A stretch of DNA of 15,746 nt from Oligoflexus sp. (GCA_041736305.1 JBGSTX010000130.1:1-15746), one strand, 5' to 3'; positions 1-8,411 are shown, numbered from the stretch's first letter. Numbers and translations are program-made. The notes: generated by a model not told the origin, from the sequence alone.

Positions 1-1
1 C

Positions 2-1000
2 ATGGTCCTAGCGGACAAGGCCATTGCTATCAATCCCTTGGGTGAAGAGACTCTGATTCTCAAGGCCAATATTTTCTTGAGCCAAGCAGGTCTCGATGCC
101 TTTGGTATCGCCGAATCTTTAATGACGGATACCAGCAAAAAAGAAGGTGACAAGACGGCCTCAGCACTCGACTCTCTGAGCGGCGTGTTAAGTCTGACCG
201 AGACAGATTTTGAAAGTATGGGCGAGGTCAAGACTCTCGAAGGCACCAGTACTAAAATTGTGCTCCCTTACTCAGCACCACAGGCCAGAGAAGGCAGCAG
301 CGCTAGTGTGCGGGCAATCAATAGCGCGATTGCTACTCTTTGTCCTTTGATCGACGAGGCAGCTAAAATCTCTCTCGACTCGCGTCACAGCTGCGAAAAG
401 GCACCTAGTGTTCAAAAATCAGGAAAAGCCCATTTTGCCTGGGCGCTGGCTCACCTCGGCGAAGGTGTGGCTTTCAACAGTGTTGTGCTCTATGACAATG
501 ATAATGGGATTCCGAATATTCAAGACCTGATTAGCGGTGTCGACAAAAATAATTTAACTCTACTGCTCGAGCGCATTTCGCTTGTGACATCTGTTGTCAA
601 CACCATCTTCCCTACAGGAAGTGGAGCCGAAAGCTCGATGCTCAATGCTCTCTATAGCGATCTTGAGACGACTTCGAAGGCCTTCACGGTCATGGCGGGT
701 TTACCGGCGTCTGTGACTAAAAAAATTACTGATGCGGCTACTAACCTCCGCACTAAGATATCGACTGTCACGTCGCAAGGATCTGGAGCAACGGCCGATA
801 TAAGTAAGCAAAACGAAGCTCTGCGCAATAGCTTGACCACGGGCATGGCTACGCAGCTTAAGACCAAAATCGAGACAGCAAGTAACCTCAGTGATGCGGA
901 TAGAATAAAGGCTTGCTGCGCTTACAAAGCGATCAATTCGCAAGCCGTAACCCCATCAAATTGTGCGTCGGTGACTGTGGCCCAGTGTAGTGCCAATTAA
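2..1000 (+). CDS. Hypothetical, probably exported mainly alpha-helical protein (likely 5'-truncated by the window edge)
   Basis: Open frame from the window edge to TAA at 998-1000, followed by a terminator. The N-terminal segment LADKAIAINP..EETLILKANIFLSQAG looks TPR-like. It has six Cys, including C-terminal KACCAY..NC..QC. No family recognised. Confidence 0.75.
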   Translation: MVLADKAIAINPLGEETLILKANIFLSQAGLDAFGIAESLMTDTSKKEGDKTASALDSLSGVLSLTETDFESMGEVKTLEGTSTKIVLPYSAPQAREGSSASVRAINSAIATLCPLIDEAAKISLDSRHSCEKAPSVQKSGKAHFAWALAHLGEGVAFNSVVLYDNDNGIPNIQDLISGVDKNNLTLLLERISLVTSVVNTIFPTGSGAESSMLNALYSDLETTSKAFTVMAGLPASVTKKITDAATNLRTKISTVTSQGSGATADISKQNEALRNSLTTGMATQLKTKIETASNLSDADRIKACCAYKAINSQAVTPSNCASVTVAQCSAN

Positions 1001-1047
1001 GGAAGGCGACAGGAACTAGAAGCCGAGCAAAAAAAGAACTATAGAAT

Positions 1048-1074
1048 GCCGGGTGAAAAACCCGGCTTTTTTTT
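1048..1074 (+). terminator. Rho-independent terminator between convergent genes, possibly bidirectional
   Basis: Stem GCCGGGT (1048-1054), loop GAAAA, stem ACCCGGC (1060-1066), then T8 (1067-1074). An upstream AGCAAAAAAA (1026-1035) gives a more distant U-tract on the minus strand. Confidence 0.9.
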
Positions 1075-1075
1075 G

Positions 1076-1501
1076 CTAGATTTCGTCTTCATCACCAACA
1101 CCTCGACCGCTCTTCTTCATGCGTTCGAGCTGTTCTTTGTACTTAACACTGTGACGGCACCAAGGACGAACTTCAAGCCGACGCTTAGGAATTGGTTCAC
1201 CGGTTCCTTCACAAAAACCATATTCACCATTCTTAATCTTGTCTAGTGCGTGTTCGATTTCACCCAAAAGCTTCCTGTCACGGTCTAAAAGCTTAAAGGT
1301 CAAATTCTGCTCCGTCGTAGCTGACGCCAAATCGACTTCATCAAGCATTTCATTTTTATCTAGCTCGATGTTGCCACCTTTGACCAGCTGCTGAGACTTT
1401 TGCAGTAACTTATCTCTTTCTATCAAGAGCAAGCTTCGAAACTGTTCGAGCTCGTCCCTTGTGAGGAACTCGTGATTATCAAGTGGATCGTGACTGGCCA
1501 T
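1076..1501 (-). CDS. dksA: DksA/TraR family RNA polymerase-binding transcription factor, degenerate zinc finger
   Basis: Coiled-coil tip motif DEVDLA (DxxDxA) and DRDRKLLGEIEHALDKIKNGEYGFCEGTGEPIPKRRLEVRP. SD-like AAGGA upstream of the ATG. Confidence 0.92.
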   Translation of the reverse strand: MASHDPLDNHEFLTRDELEQFRSLLLIERDKLLQKSQQLVKGGNIELDKNEMLDEVDLASATTEQNLTFKLLDRDRKLLGEIEHALDKIKNGEYGFCEGTGEPIPKRRLEVRPWCRHSVKYKEQLERMKKSGRGVGDEDEI

Positions 1502-1602
1502 TCACATCGTTCCTTTATGGCAGTTCAATCTGAAAAAATCCTACCGCGGGAGCCAATTCGCAATATCGAATACTAATTTCTTTGTTTTAGAAATTCAAGC
1601 CA

Positions 1603-4320
1603 TTAGCATAGGCGCGGCGCTTCTGGAAAGAGGGAGCTCTGAGGACTCTGCTGGAGCCGGCCTTTCAATTCTTCAAGTATAGCCAAAGCCTGCATTGGCG
1701 TGGTTTTTAGCACATTCAACCCGTCAAGTCGCTCCACAATACTATGTACAGCGTGCGGAACTTGTAGAGATCCTAGGGATAGCTCGGGATCAAAAGCGGC
1801 CTCCATAGGTGGCCGCCGCGCAGCTGTAGCGCGGGTTAGCTGGGTTTTGGAAGACACTTCTTTATCAGCAAAAGCTTCGGGATGCAGAAGATGATCTTTT
1901 GCTGCCTCGATGATTGCGGCTGGAATACCCGCCAGCTTCGCAACCTCAACGCCAAATGAGCTGGCGCAGGCGCCAGGCTTGAGTCTGTGCGTGAATCTAA
2001 TCTCCCCTTTGTCCTCTCCTACCTCGACCTGCGCTATCGCTACACTGCTTAGATTGCTGGAGTAGGGGACGAGTTCATGATAGTGCGTTGCGAAAAGTGT
2101 ATAACTCCGTAGATCTTGCGCGATATAGCGAAGGATCGCCGCCGCTATTGCCAGTCCATCCTGGGTCGAAGTCCCGCGTCCGACTTCATCAAGTATCACC
2201 AGGCTCCGAGCCGTAGCCTGCCGTAGAATGGAGGCCGCTTCAGTCATTTCCACCATAAACGTAGATTGGCCCCTCGACAGGTCATCGGCTGCCCCAACTC
2301 GCGTGAAGATGCGATCAAAGATAGGCATCTCGGCCGCCGTCGCGGGCACATAACTTCCGATTTGGTGCAAAATTGCAGCCAAGGCTGTCTGCCTCATGAC
2401 CGTAGATTTTCCGGCCATGTTCGGACCGGTTATCAGCATCTGTTTTTTCTTCTCAGTAAGCGTCACATCGTTTGGCATAAATTGATGACTACCTACCCAG
2501 CGCTCTACGACCGGATGGCGGCAAGCCTTGAGAAAAAGCTGACCCTTGCTGGACAAGAGAGGTCGGGTCCAGCTCAGTTTTTGCGCCTGCGTCGCAAGTC
2601 CCTGCAGAAGGTCGATCAAAGCTAAGGCCTCTGCAAGGGTCTTTAGGTCAGCTAGAGCATGACTGAGGTTTTCCAAGAGACTGGCAAAAAGCTCGGCCTC
2701 TCTCGCCACCGCATTTTCCATGGCGGAGGCTAAAGTCTCACCCAAGTCCTCCAGCTCCATAGTCGAAAATCTTTCGTTATTCACCATCGTCTGCCGACGA
2801 ATAAATCCTGGAGGAATCTTCGATAAGTTAGCTTTGGTCACTTCGATGAGTAAACCATAGGTTTTATGTTCTTTAATCTTAAGACTCGAGATCCCGGTAG
2901 ACGCACGCAACTGCTCTTCATAGGAGTTTATCTTGCTTTCGCCATGCTGCGAAAGTTCACGCAGGCTATCGAAGCTTACATCGTATCCCTGACAAAACAC
3001 TTCGAGGCTGCCGAGAGTTGCTGCCTCTTCGGCAAGAGCGATTTTCAGCAGCTCGAGCGGAGCTTCGGCCTTCTGCAGAGCCGCGGACATAGCATGCAAG
3101 AGTCCGGCATGAGACCCGCTGAGACCGTTAATAAGCTCTCTGAGCTCCAAACTTGCGAGCAGACTACGCCTGATCATCAGGACATCACATGGCTGCGCCT
3201 TCCGCGACAAAACTCTCGTCATGAGTCGATCGAGGTCGCCACAGTTTTTAAGCGTTTTTTGAATCCCCTGCAAAATTTCAGAGGGTTCACTCAGCAGAGT
3301 AGCGATCGCCTCCTGCCTTTCCCTAATGCTCTCGGCTTGCAAAAAGGGCTGCCCCAAATCATGCCTTAGAAGTCTTGCCCCCATAGGAGTCTTGGTCGCG
3401 TTTAGCTCCTTAAAGAGACTGCCTTCGGCTTCTCGCCTTCGGGTCGTTTCAAAAAGTTCTAGGTCGCGTCGCACCGTTTCATCGAGCAGCATACGATCAC
3501 CCTCATGGAGGGGTTTGATCGATAAGAACTGCCGGGTACCGGCATTGAGACTGCGGAGGTAAAGTAGGACAGCCGCCACCAGCTCGAGCCCACCCTCTAC
3601 CTCACCGCAGGGTAGCGCTTGGAGGCTATCCACAGCAAACTGCTCACGCAGCAAAGTCGCCTGTGACTCCCGATCGCGAAGAACTGCTTCCGGCAAGGTT
3701 CCATAGCTGAGTTGCCGCGAGTGGGCGTAGGATTGCAGAAGTCCCTGAATCTCTTCCTGCATAAAGCGTCGGCTCACACACTCACGTGGGGCTAGGCGCT
3801 CAACCCAATCTAAAACTTGAGATTTTTCTAGCGTTCCAAGCTTAAATTCTCCAGTCGAAGTCTCAAGTGCAGCCAAAGCCCACTTGCGTGTGCGGGGATC
3901 CTCATAAACCGCCACAAGGTAATTCGCCTGATCGGCCTCGAGTCCATCGAGATCATCCAAACAACCGGGGGTCATAATCTGCACGATACCTCGCTTCACC
4001 AGCCCTTTAGCAGTGGCAGGATCTTCAAGCTGGTCGGCGATAGCTACCCGAAACCCGAGCTTTAAGAGCTTGAGCCAGTAGCCTCTTGCGCTGTGATGGG
4101 GTACGCCGCAGAAAGGCAAGCGCGTCTTATCGCCTCGTTCACGACTGGTAAGGACTAAGTCAAGGAGCGGGGCAACGAGTTCGGCGTCATCCCCAAAGAT
4201 CTCGTAAAAATCGCCCATACGGAAGAAGAGTATCGCATCGGGCGCTTGCGCTTTTAATTCATAAACTTGTCGTACCATGGGTGTCAGCTGCTGGAGATCC
4301 TCAGGAACAGACAGAGTCAT
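1603..4320 (-). CDS. mutS: DNA mismatch repair protein MutS (MutS1)
   Basis: 905 aa. TPM..Q, mismatch-binding FRMGDFYEIF, Walker A GPNMAGKST, STFMVEM, Walker B ILDEVGRGTS, FATHYHEL. Confidence 0.98.
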   Translation of the reverse strand: MTLSVPEDLQQLTPMVRQVYELKAQAPDAILFFRMGDFYEIFGDDAELVAPLLDLVLTSRERGDKTRLPFCGVPHHSARGYWLKLLKLGFRVAIADQLEDPATAKGLVKRGIVQIMTPGCLDDLDGLEADQANYLVAVYEDPRTRKWALAALETSTGEFKLGTLEKSQVLDWVERLAPRECVSRRFMQEEIQGLLQSYAHSRQLSYGTLPEAVLRDRESQATLLREQFAVDSLQALPCGEVEGGLELVAAVLLYLRSLNAGTRQFLSIKPLHEGDRMLLDETVRRDLELFETTRRREAEGSLFKELNATKTPMGARLLRHDLGQPFLQAESIRERQEAIATLLSEPSEILQGIQKTLKNCGDLDRLMTRVLSRKAQPCDVLMIRRSLLASLELRELINGLSGSHAGLLHAMSAALQKAEAPLELLKIALAEEAATLGSLEVFCQGYDVSFDSLRELSQHGESKINSYEEQLRASTGISSLKIKEHKTYGLLIEVTKANLSKIPPGFIRRQTMVNNERFSTMELEDLGETLASAMENAVAREAELFASLLENLSHALADLKTLAEALALIDLLQGLATQAQKLSWTRPLLSSKGQLFLKACRHPVVERWVGSHQFMPNDVTLTEKKKQMLITGPNMAGKSTVMRQTALAAILHQIGSYVPATAAEMPIFDRIFTRVGAADDLSRGQSTFMVEMTEAASILRQATARSLVILDEVGRGTSTQDGLAIAAAILRYIAQDLRSYTLFATHYHELVPYSSNLSSVAIAQVEVGEDKGEIRFTHRLKPGACASSFGVEVAKLAGIPAAIIEAAKDHLLHPEAFADKEVSSKTQLTRATAARRPPMEAAFDPELSLGSLQVPHAVHSIVERLDGLNVLKTTPMQALAILEELKGRLQQSPQSSLFPEAPRLC

Positions 4321-4341
4321 GATGTGATCTTTCTATGAAAA

Positions 4342-4359
4342 TGCCATAAAGGTATGGCA
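4342..4359. promoter_or_regulatory. Palindrome TGCCATA-N4-TATGGCA upstream of mutS (candidate operator or 5'UTR hairpin)
   Basis: Perfect 7-bp inverted repeat 21 bp upstream of the mutS start. Function unknown. Confidence 0.35.
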
Positions 4360-4409
4360 GACAAAAAGTAAAAGCTACGCCCTATACCTAAGCGGTGCGG
4401 GATGGTCTG

Positions 4410-5072
4410 TCAATCATCGCGAAAAATTGTTTTTCCTGCGTTTGCTAGACAGAGAAACCTGATCTGGATCCCCTCAAAATGCGCTGCAAAATTGCGTAAA
4501 GTCTGTCCTGAAGTCACCACATCGTCGACAATAAGGATCCGGGGCACGCTAGCCGCCTGTCCCTGAAAGTAAGCTGGCCCCCACTTCGTGGCAGCGCTTT
4601 CGTATTTTCGACCTTGCCGTTTTCCACGCAGCTGTTGGGCCTGCTTTCTCCACGATCCCCAGAGGGCCCGCGGCGGTCGCCAAAGAGGAAGCTCCGACTT
4701 CTGTGCAAGATTCCAGGCGAGCAGAGCCGCTAGATCGTAGCGTCCTCGCAATCGGCTCCAGAGGCTAGACGGCGCTGGCATAATTCCATCGGCCCAATGA
4801 CAAAGATCTAAGAAATCGATACCCTCCATAAATGCTTCGAGTAAGCAGATACCCGCACTCCACTCTTGCCGCACTTTAAACGCCAAAATTCCGTCTCGAA
4901 CCGCACCCCTATAGCGCCAATGCACGGAGAGCGGGTAAGCTGTCTCAGGGAGTAGCCTAGCTCGCACTTTAATTTTCGTACAAAGAAGCTCGGCATCAAG
5001 TGAATCGCGACAAGGATCACAGATTTTGCTTGGTGCGAAATGCGGACGCCTTCCACAAAGAGGGCAAGTCAT
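4410..5072 (-). CDS. comF: ComF family protein (zinc ribbon plus phosphoribosyltransferase-like domain)
   Basis: N-terminal CPLC...CDPC, YRGAVRDGILAFK, and PRPP-binding loop ILIVDDVVTSGQT. SD AGGAG 6 nt before the ATG. Confidence 0.85.
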   Translation of the reverse strand: MTCPLCGRRPHFAPSKICDPCRDSLDAELLCTKIKVRARLLPETAYPLSVHWRYRGAVRDGILAFKVRQEWSAGICLLEAFMEGIDFLDLCHWADGIMPAPSSLWSRLRGRYDLAALLAWNLAQKSELPLWRPPRALWGSWRKQAQQLRGKRQGRKYESAATKWGPAYFQGQAASVPRILIVDDVVTSGQTLRNFAAHFEGIQIRFLCLANAGKTIFRDD

Positions 5073-5176
5073 CTTTTGCTCCTTCCACTTTGGCTGCAGC
5101 TTAAGGCTAGGAAGGAGACGATGCGAGAGACATGAAAAGAGAAAGGGGGAGGAGAGGAGAGAAGCGGCCGAGACTC

Positions 5177-5653
5177 TTACTCGTGGTGATAGCCAGTACC
5201 CTTTATGATGCTACTGGCTCGGTAAAGTTGCTCCCAAACCGCAAGCCAAGCCAGATCACTAGGAAACACTGCCGGTGAGAGGCTCCAGACGACATCAGCA
5301 CTTTTTCGAAGATCCTCGCTCAACCCGAAAGGGCCGCCTATGACAAAGCTGAGAGTCTTGCAAATGCCCTGGTTCATCTGCTTTTGCATAAATTGAGCTA
5401 GTTCGGGAGAACTGAGACCCTGTCCCCGCTCATCGAGCACGACCACAGTCTGACCTGGATCCGTTTTTGTTCCGAGGGCACTCCAACCCAAGCGGGCGTA
5501 AATTTCTTTCCCACTTCTCTCTTGATGGGCTTGAGCCTTGAGAGTGATGTCCTCGACCTTCCAAACCGGCTTTAAACGCTTGATGTAAACATCCACCAGG
5601 TCTGCATAGGCTTGGTGAGCGGGACGCCCAATTTTCAGTACCTGTATCTTCAC
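5177..5653 (-). CDS. rlmH: 23S rRNA (pseudouridine1915-N3)-methyltransferase RlmH
   Basis: SPOUT motifs VLDERG..SSPELA, FVIGGPFGL, SLS and EQLYRA..I..G.GYH. GTG start. Lies immediately after rsfS, the usual synteny. Confidence 0.93.
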   Translation of the reverse strand: MKIQVLKIGRPAHQAYADLVDVYIKRLKPVWKVEDITLKAQAHQERSGKEIYARLGWSALGTKTDPGQTVVVLDERGQGLSSPELAQFMQKQMNQGICKTLSFVIGGPFGLSEDLRKSADVVWSLSPAVFPSDLAWLAVWEQLYRASSIIKGTGYHHE

Positions 5654-5662
5654 CGTCGCGAC

Positions 5663-6010
5663 TTAGTCATCAAATTTTGTGATACCGGCATCGGGCCACA
5701 AGCGCTCGACGGCATAAAAATCTCGTATCGTATCGAGAAATACGTGAACCATCACGTTACCATAATCCATGAGAATCCAGTGGCCAGTCTGCTTACCTTC
5801 AATAGCCAGCGGTTTACCGGCCTTATTGTCCCGAAGAACGTCTTCGATATAGGAGCAAATGGCTTGAGTCTGCCTCTCGTTTGAACCGGAACAGACGACT
5901 TGATAATCACAAATGCTCGACTTGCCGCTGAGATCCTGCGCGAGGATACGGGTGGCTTTTTTCTCTGCAGCAGCCGCTGTAATCATTTTGATGAGATTTT
6001 CGGAATCCAT
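5663..6010 (-). CDS. rsfS: Ribosome silencing factor RsfS (Iojap)
   Basis: EKKA..I...DL, DYQVVCSGSNERQTQAI and WILMDYGNVMVHVF....RDFYAVERLW. Start reassigned to the ATG at 6010 (MDSENL), which has a GAGG SD and lies 2 nt after the nadD stop. Confidence 0.95.
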   Translation of the reverse strand: MDSENLIKMITAAAAEKKATRILAQDLSGKSSICDYQVVCSGSNERQTQAICSYIEDVLRDNKAGKPLAIEGKQTGHWILMDYGNVMVHVFLDTIRDFYAVERLWPDAGITKFDD

Positions 6011-6012
6011 GT

Positions 6013-6732
6013 TTATGCCTCGGTTGGCCGATAAAGGCCTTGTTCTTCGATGTAACGAGCCACTTCGGGGGCTATCCACCCGTCCGCCGCAGCTTGAGTC
6101 CAGTCTTGTCTTATGATGCGACTGGCGGAAGGCGACACTACGCCTTCTAACCAGTAGACTTCTGTAAGGATATCTTTCCAGGACCAAGCTTTAGCACTCA
6201 GACGATGCGGTACGAGCCCAAGTTTTTTGCCCAGATTCTCAATAATTGGCCCTAAATCATCGTCTCGTTCGCGATCTATCACGAGCAGACTGGCCTGTCG
6301 AATTATTTCTTCAGGTCGATGCCAGGCCGCGAAACTCACGATTTGATCACGGCCCATCAATAGGCCCCATCGAGCCGTCGGCTGACGCTTTTGGAGCGCC
6401 TCCAGAGTTCGCACCGTGAAGTTAGGTTCAGGAAGTTGATTTTCAATTGGATCGAGGTGAAGTCGGGTGAAGCGTTGGAGCTCACTTTTGAAGGCTAGGG
6501 CGCATAAGTCCAATCGCTGCTCGAAGCTAGCGCCAGGTTTTTTATGCTCACCATGAGCTCCAGCAGGAGCTTTGCCGGGTAGAACCCAGAGCCTTGCTTG
6601 GGGGAGACTGCTGAGCACGCGCGCAATGATGCGTCTATGACCCTCATGAGGAGGATCGAAGGTCCCGCCGAAGAGTATATCGGTGAGAGTGTCAGCCTTG
6701 CTTCCCTCAAATTCCAAAAGCCTGGTCTCCAT
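6013..6732 (-). CDS. nadD: Nicotinate-nucleotide adenylyltransferase NadD
   Basis: FGGTFDPPHEGH (HxGH motif), FTVRTL, LMGRDQ...FAAWH and V..YIEEQGLY. nadD-rsfS synteny. Start overlaps the obgE end by 26 nt. Confidence 0.92.
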   Translation of the reverse strand: METRLLEFEGSKADTLTDILFGGTFDPPHEGHRRIIARVLSSLPQARLWVLPGKAPAGAHGEHKKPGASFEQRLDLCALAFKSELQRFTRLHLDPIENQLPEPNFTVRTLEALQKRQPTARWGLLMGRDQIVSFAAWHRPEEIIRQASLLVIDRERDDDLGPIIENLGKKLGLVPHRLSAKAWSWKDILTEVYWLEGVVSPSASRIIRQDWTQAAADGWIAPEVARYIEEQGLYRPTEA

Positions 6733-7852
6733 TGGCTTCCGTCAGCCACTCATAGCTCTCGTCTCGCTGCCGTCCGCCAGATGCAGCAGCCGCATCTTCT
6801 GAATGAGAAGAGTTGCTAACCAGCACATCGATCTTGATTTTTTCTTCTTCGATAACCTTCCAAAGGGCTAGTTTGAGAGGCACCAAACCTTTGCGGGCTA
6901 CTGCAGAAATTCGCAAGACCTCAAGATCCATGGCTCGGAACGGAGCTTCAACCGATTCCCAGTCGAAGTCATCTGGCGCCAGGTCTGATTTTGTCAGTAC
7001 GACCAGCCGTCTTTTACCGGCGAGCTTTTCGCTAAAACGAGCGAGCTCGCGTTCGAGGATGCCAAAGGCTTCCAGCGGCGGTAGTTCGTCCCATGAGAAA
7101 GGATCCACAACATAAACGATGACTTTGGTGCGTTCGAGATGGCGAAGGAATTCATGCCCCAGACCGCGACCATCGCTGGCTCCTTCGATAAGGCCAGGAA
7201 TATCGGCCATGACGAAGCTAGCTTGATAAGGATCGATTTCAGGAACGGCGACGACGCCGAGCTGAGGAGTAAGGGTCGTAAATGGATAATCGGCGATTTT
7301 CGGTCTCGCGGCGCTGATACTGCTGAGCAGAGTTGATTTCCCTGCATTGGGAAAACCGGCGAGCCCAACGTCGGCGATTAATTTGAGCTCAAGCCTTAGA
7401 TCGAAGGTTTCCCCTGGGCCGCCAGCCGTAGACTCTTCAGGCGCCTGGTGGGTAGCAGACAAGAATCTGAGATTACCGAGACCGCGTTTACCGCCTTCAG
7501 CAATGACTGATTTTTGACCTTCTTCGAGGATTTCACAAAGGAGACGCCCGTTCTCCTTGGAGTAGACCATGGTTCCGACGGGAACTTTGATCTCGAGATC
7601 ACGCCCGTTCCTACCCGTGCAGCCCTTTGAACCGCCGCGCGCGCCATCTTCAGCCGCATAAATGCGGCGATAATAGAGGCTGCTCAAGCTGTTGAGCTGA
7701 GCGTTGCCGACTAGATAAACATAGCCGCCAAAGCCACCGTCACCACCATCGGGTCCCAGCTTAGGTGCAAATTTAGCGGCTGCGAAGCTCACCATTCCCG
7801 AGCCGCCCGCACCCGACCGTACCGTGATTTCTGATTCGTCTATAAATTTCAC
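6707..7852 (-). CDS. obgE: GTPase ObgE/CgtA
   Basis: Gly-rich Obg fold (GPDGGDGG), ELKLIADVGLAGFPNAGKST, DYPFTTL, DIPGLIEGA, FLRHLER and TKSD. GTG start with GGAGG SD. Confidence 0.98.
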   Translation of the reverse strand: MKFIDESEITVRSGAGGSGMVSFAAAKFAPKLGPDGGDGGFGGYVYLVGNAQLNSLSSLYYRRIYAAEDGARGGSKGCTGRNGRDLEIKVPVGTMVYSKENGRLLCEILEEGQKSVIAEGGKRGLGNLRFLSATHQAPEESTAGGPGETFDLRLELKLIADVGLAGFPNAGKSTLLSSISAARPKIADYPFTTLTPQLGVVAVPEIDPYQASFVMADIPGLIEGASDGRGLGHEFLRHLERTKVIVYVVDPFSWDELPPLEAFGILERELARFSEKLAGKRRLVVLTKSDLAPDDFDWESVEAPFRAMDLEVLRISAVARKGLVPLKLALWKVIEEEKIKIDVLVSNSSHSEDAAAASGGRQRDESYEWLTEANGDQAFGI

Positions 7853-8118
7853 CGATCGACCCTCCGCCTAAGCCTTTTCGAGGCTCCGCGCACGAGATTA
7901 CAAAGATACCAGGCACATTCGTTATCTGGAGATAGAACGGCTCTTTTGAAATTCAAAAAAAGCAGTGCAGGGAAAACGGAGGAGCCAGAGGTCCGAAGGA
8001 GGGTGTCGTCTTCTCTGCCAGGCCAGAACAAAGTGAAGAACCCAGCTCTTCTCTTTCGGTCCTCAAAGAGTGGAAAAGGGGCTGAGTCTCACACTAAATT
8101 ACAAGGCCAGACTAAAAA

Positions 8119-8370
8119 TCAAGCAGGAACAACGCTCACACTCTTGCGCTTGGAGTGAGTGTTGTAGGAAACTTTACCGTCGACCATGGCAAACAAAGTA
8201 TAGTCTTTGCCTGTTCCGACGTTATCGCCGGCGTGGAAAGTACTTCCCACCTGACGAACCAGAATGCTACCCGCAGTGACGGCTTCGCCGCCGAAAACTT
8301 TGATACCGCGGTACTGGGGATTTGAATCGCGACCGTTCTTGGTACTACCACCGGCTTTCTTATGTGCCAT
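8119..8370 (-). CDS. rpmA: 50S ribosomal protein L27
   Basis: [16 protein letters not shown]...[23 protein letters not shown]. Confidence 0.99.
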   Translation of the reverse strand: MAHKKAGGSTKNGRDSNPQYRGIKVFGGEAVTAGSILVRQVGSTFHAGDNVGTGKDYTLFAMVDGKVSYNTHSKRKSVSVVPA

Positions 8371-8411
8371 CTTACTGACTCCTCTGCCAAACGACTTTTC
8401 GTTTCAAGCGA

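Noticed and set aside
1046..1246. 66-aa plus-strand ORF
   Set aside because: It runs through the terminator and antisense to dksA, with no recognisable features.
1700..3562. Several plus-strand ORFs of 64-167 aa inside mutS, and similar shadow ORFs inside other genes
   Set aside because: They are antisense or alternate-frame shadows of well-supported genes, with no motifs.
1512..4352. mutS as cargo of a mobile or invertible element bounded by 11-bp inverted repeats
   Set aside because: No transposase or recombinase nearby and no evident target duplication. One repeat is the dksA SD region.
6011..6187. Longer rsfS ORF start at 6187
   Set aside because: It overlaps nadD by 175 nt and adds non-homologous sequence. 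ATG 6010 has an SD and gives a normal-length RsfS.
7849..8158. Short ORFs in the rpmA-obgE spacer (60 aa minus strand, 70 aa plus strand)
   Set aside because: No recognisable product or convincing SD, and both overlap flanking genes.
8371..8411. Absence of a prp protease gene between rplU and rpmA
   Set aside because: Expected, because this L27 starts MAHKK and has no cleavable N-terminal extension.
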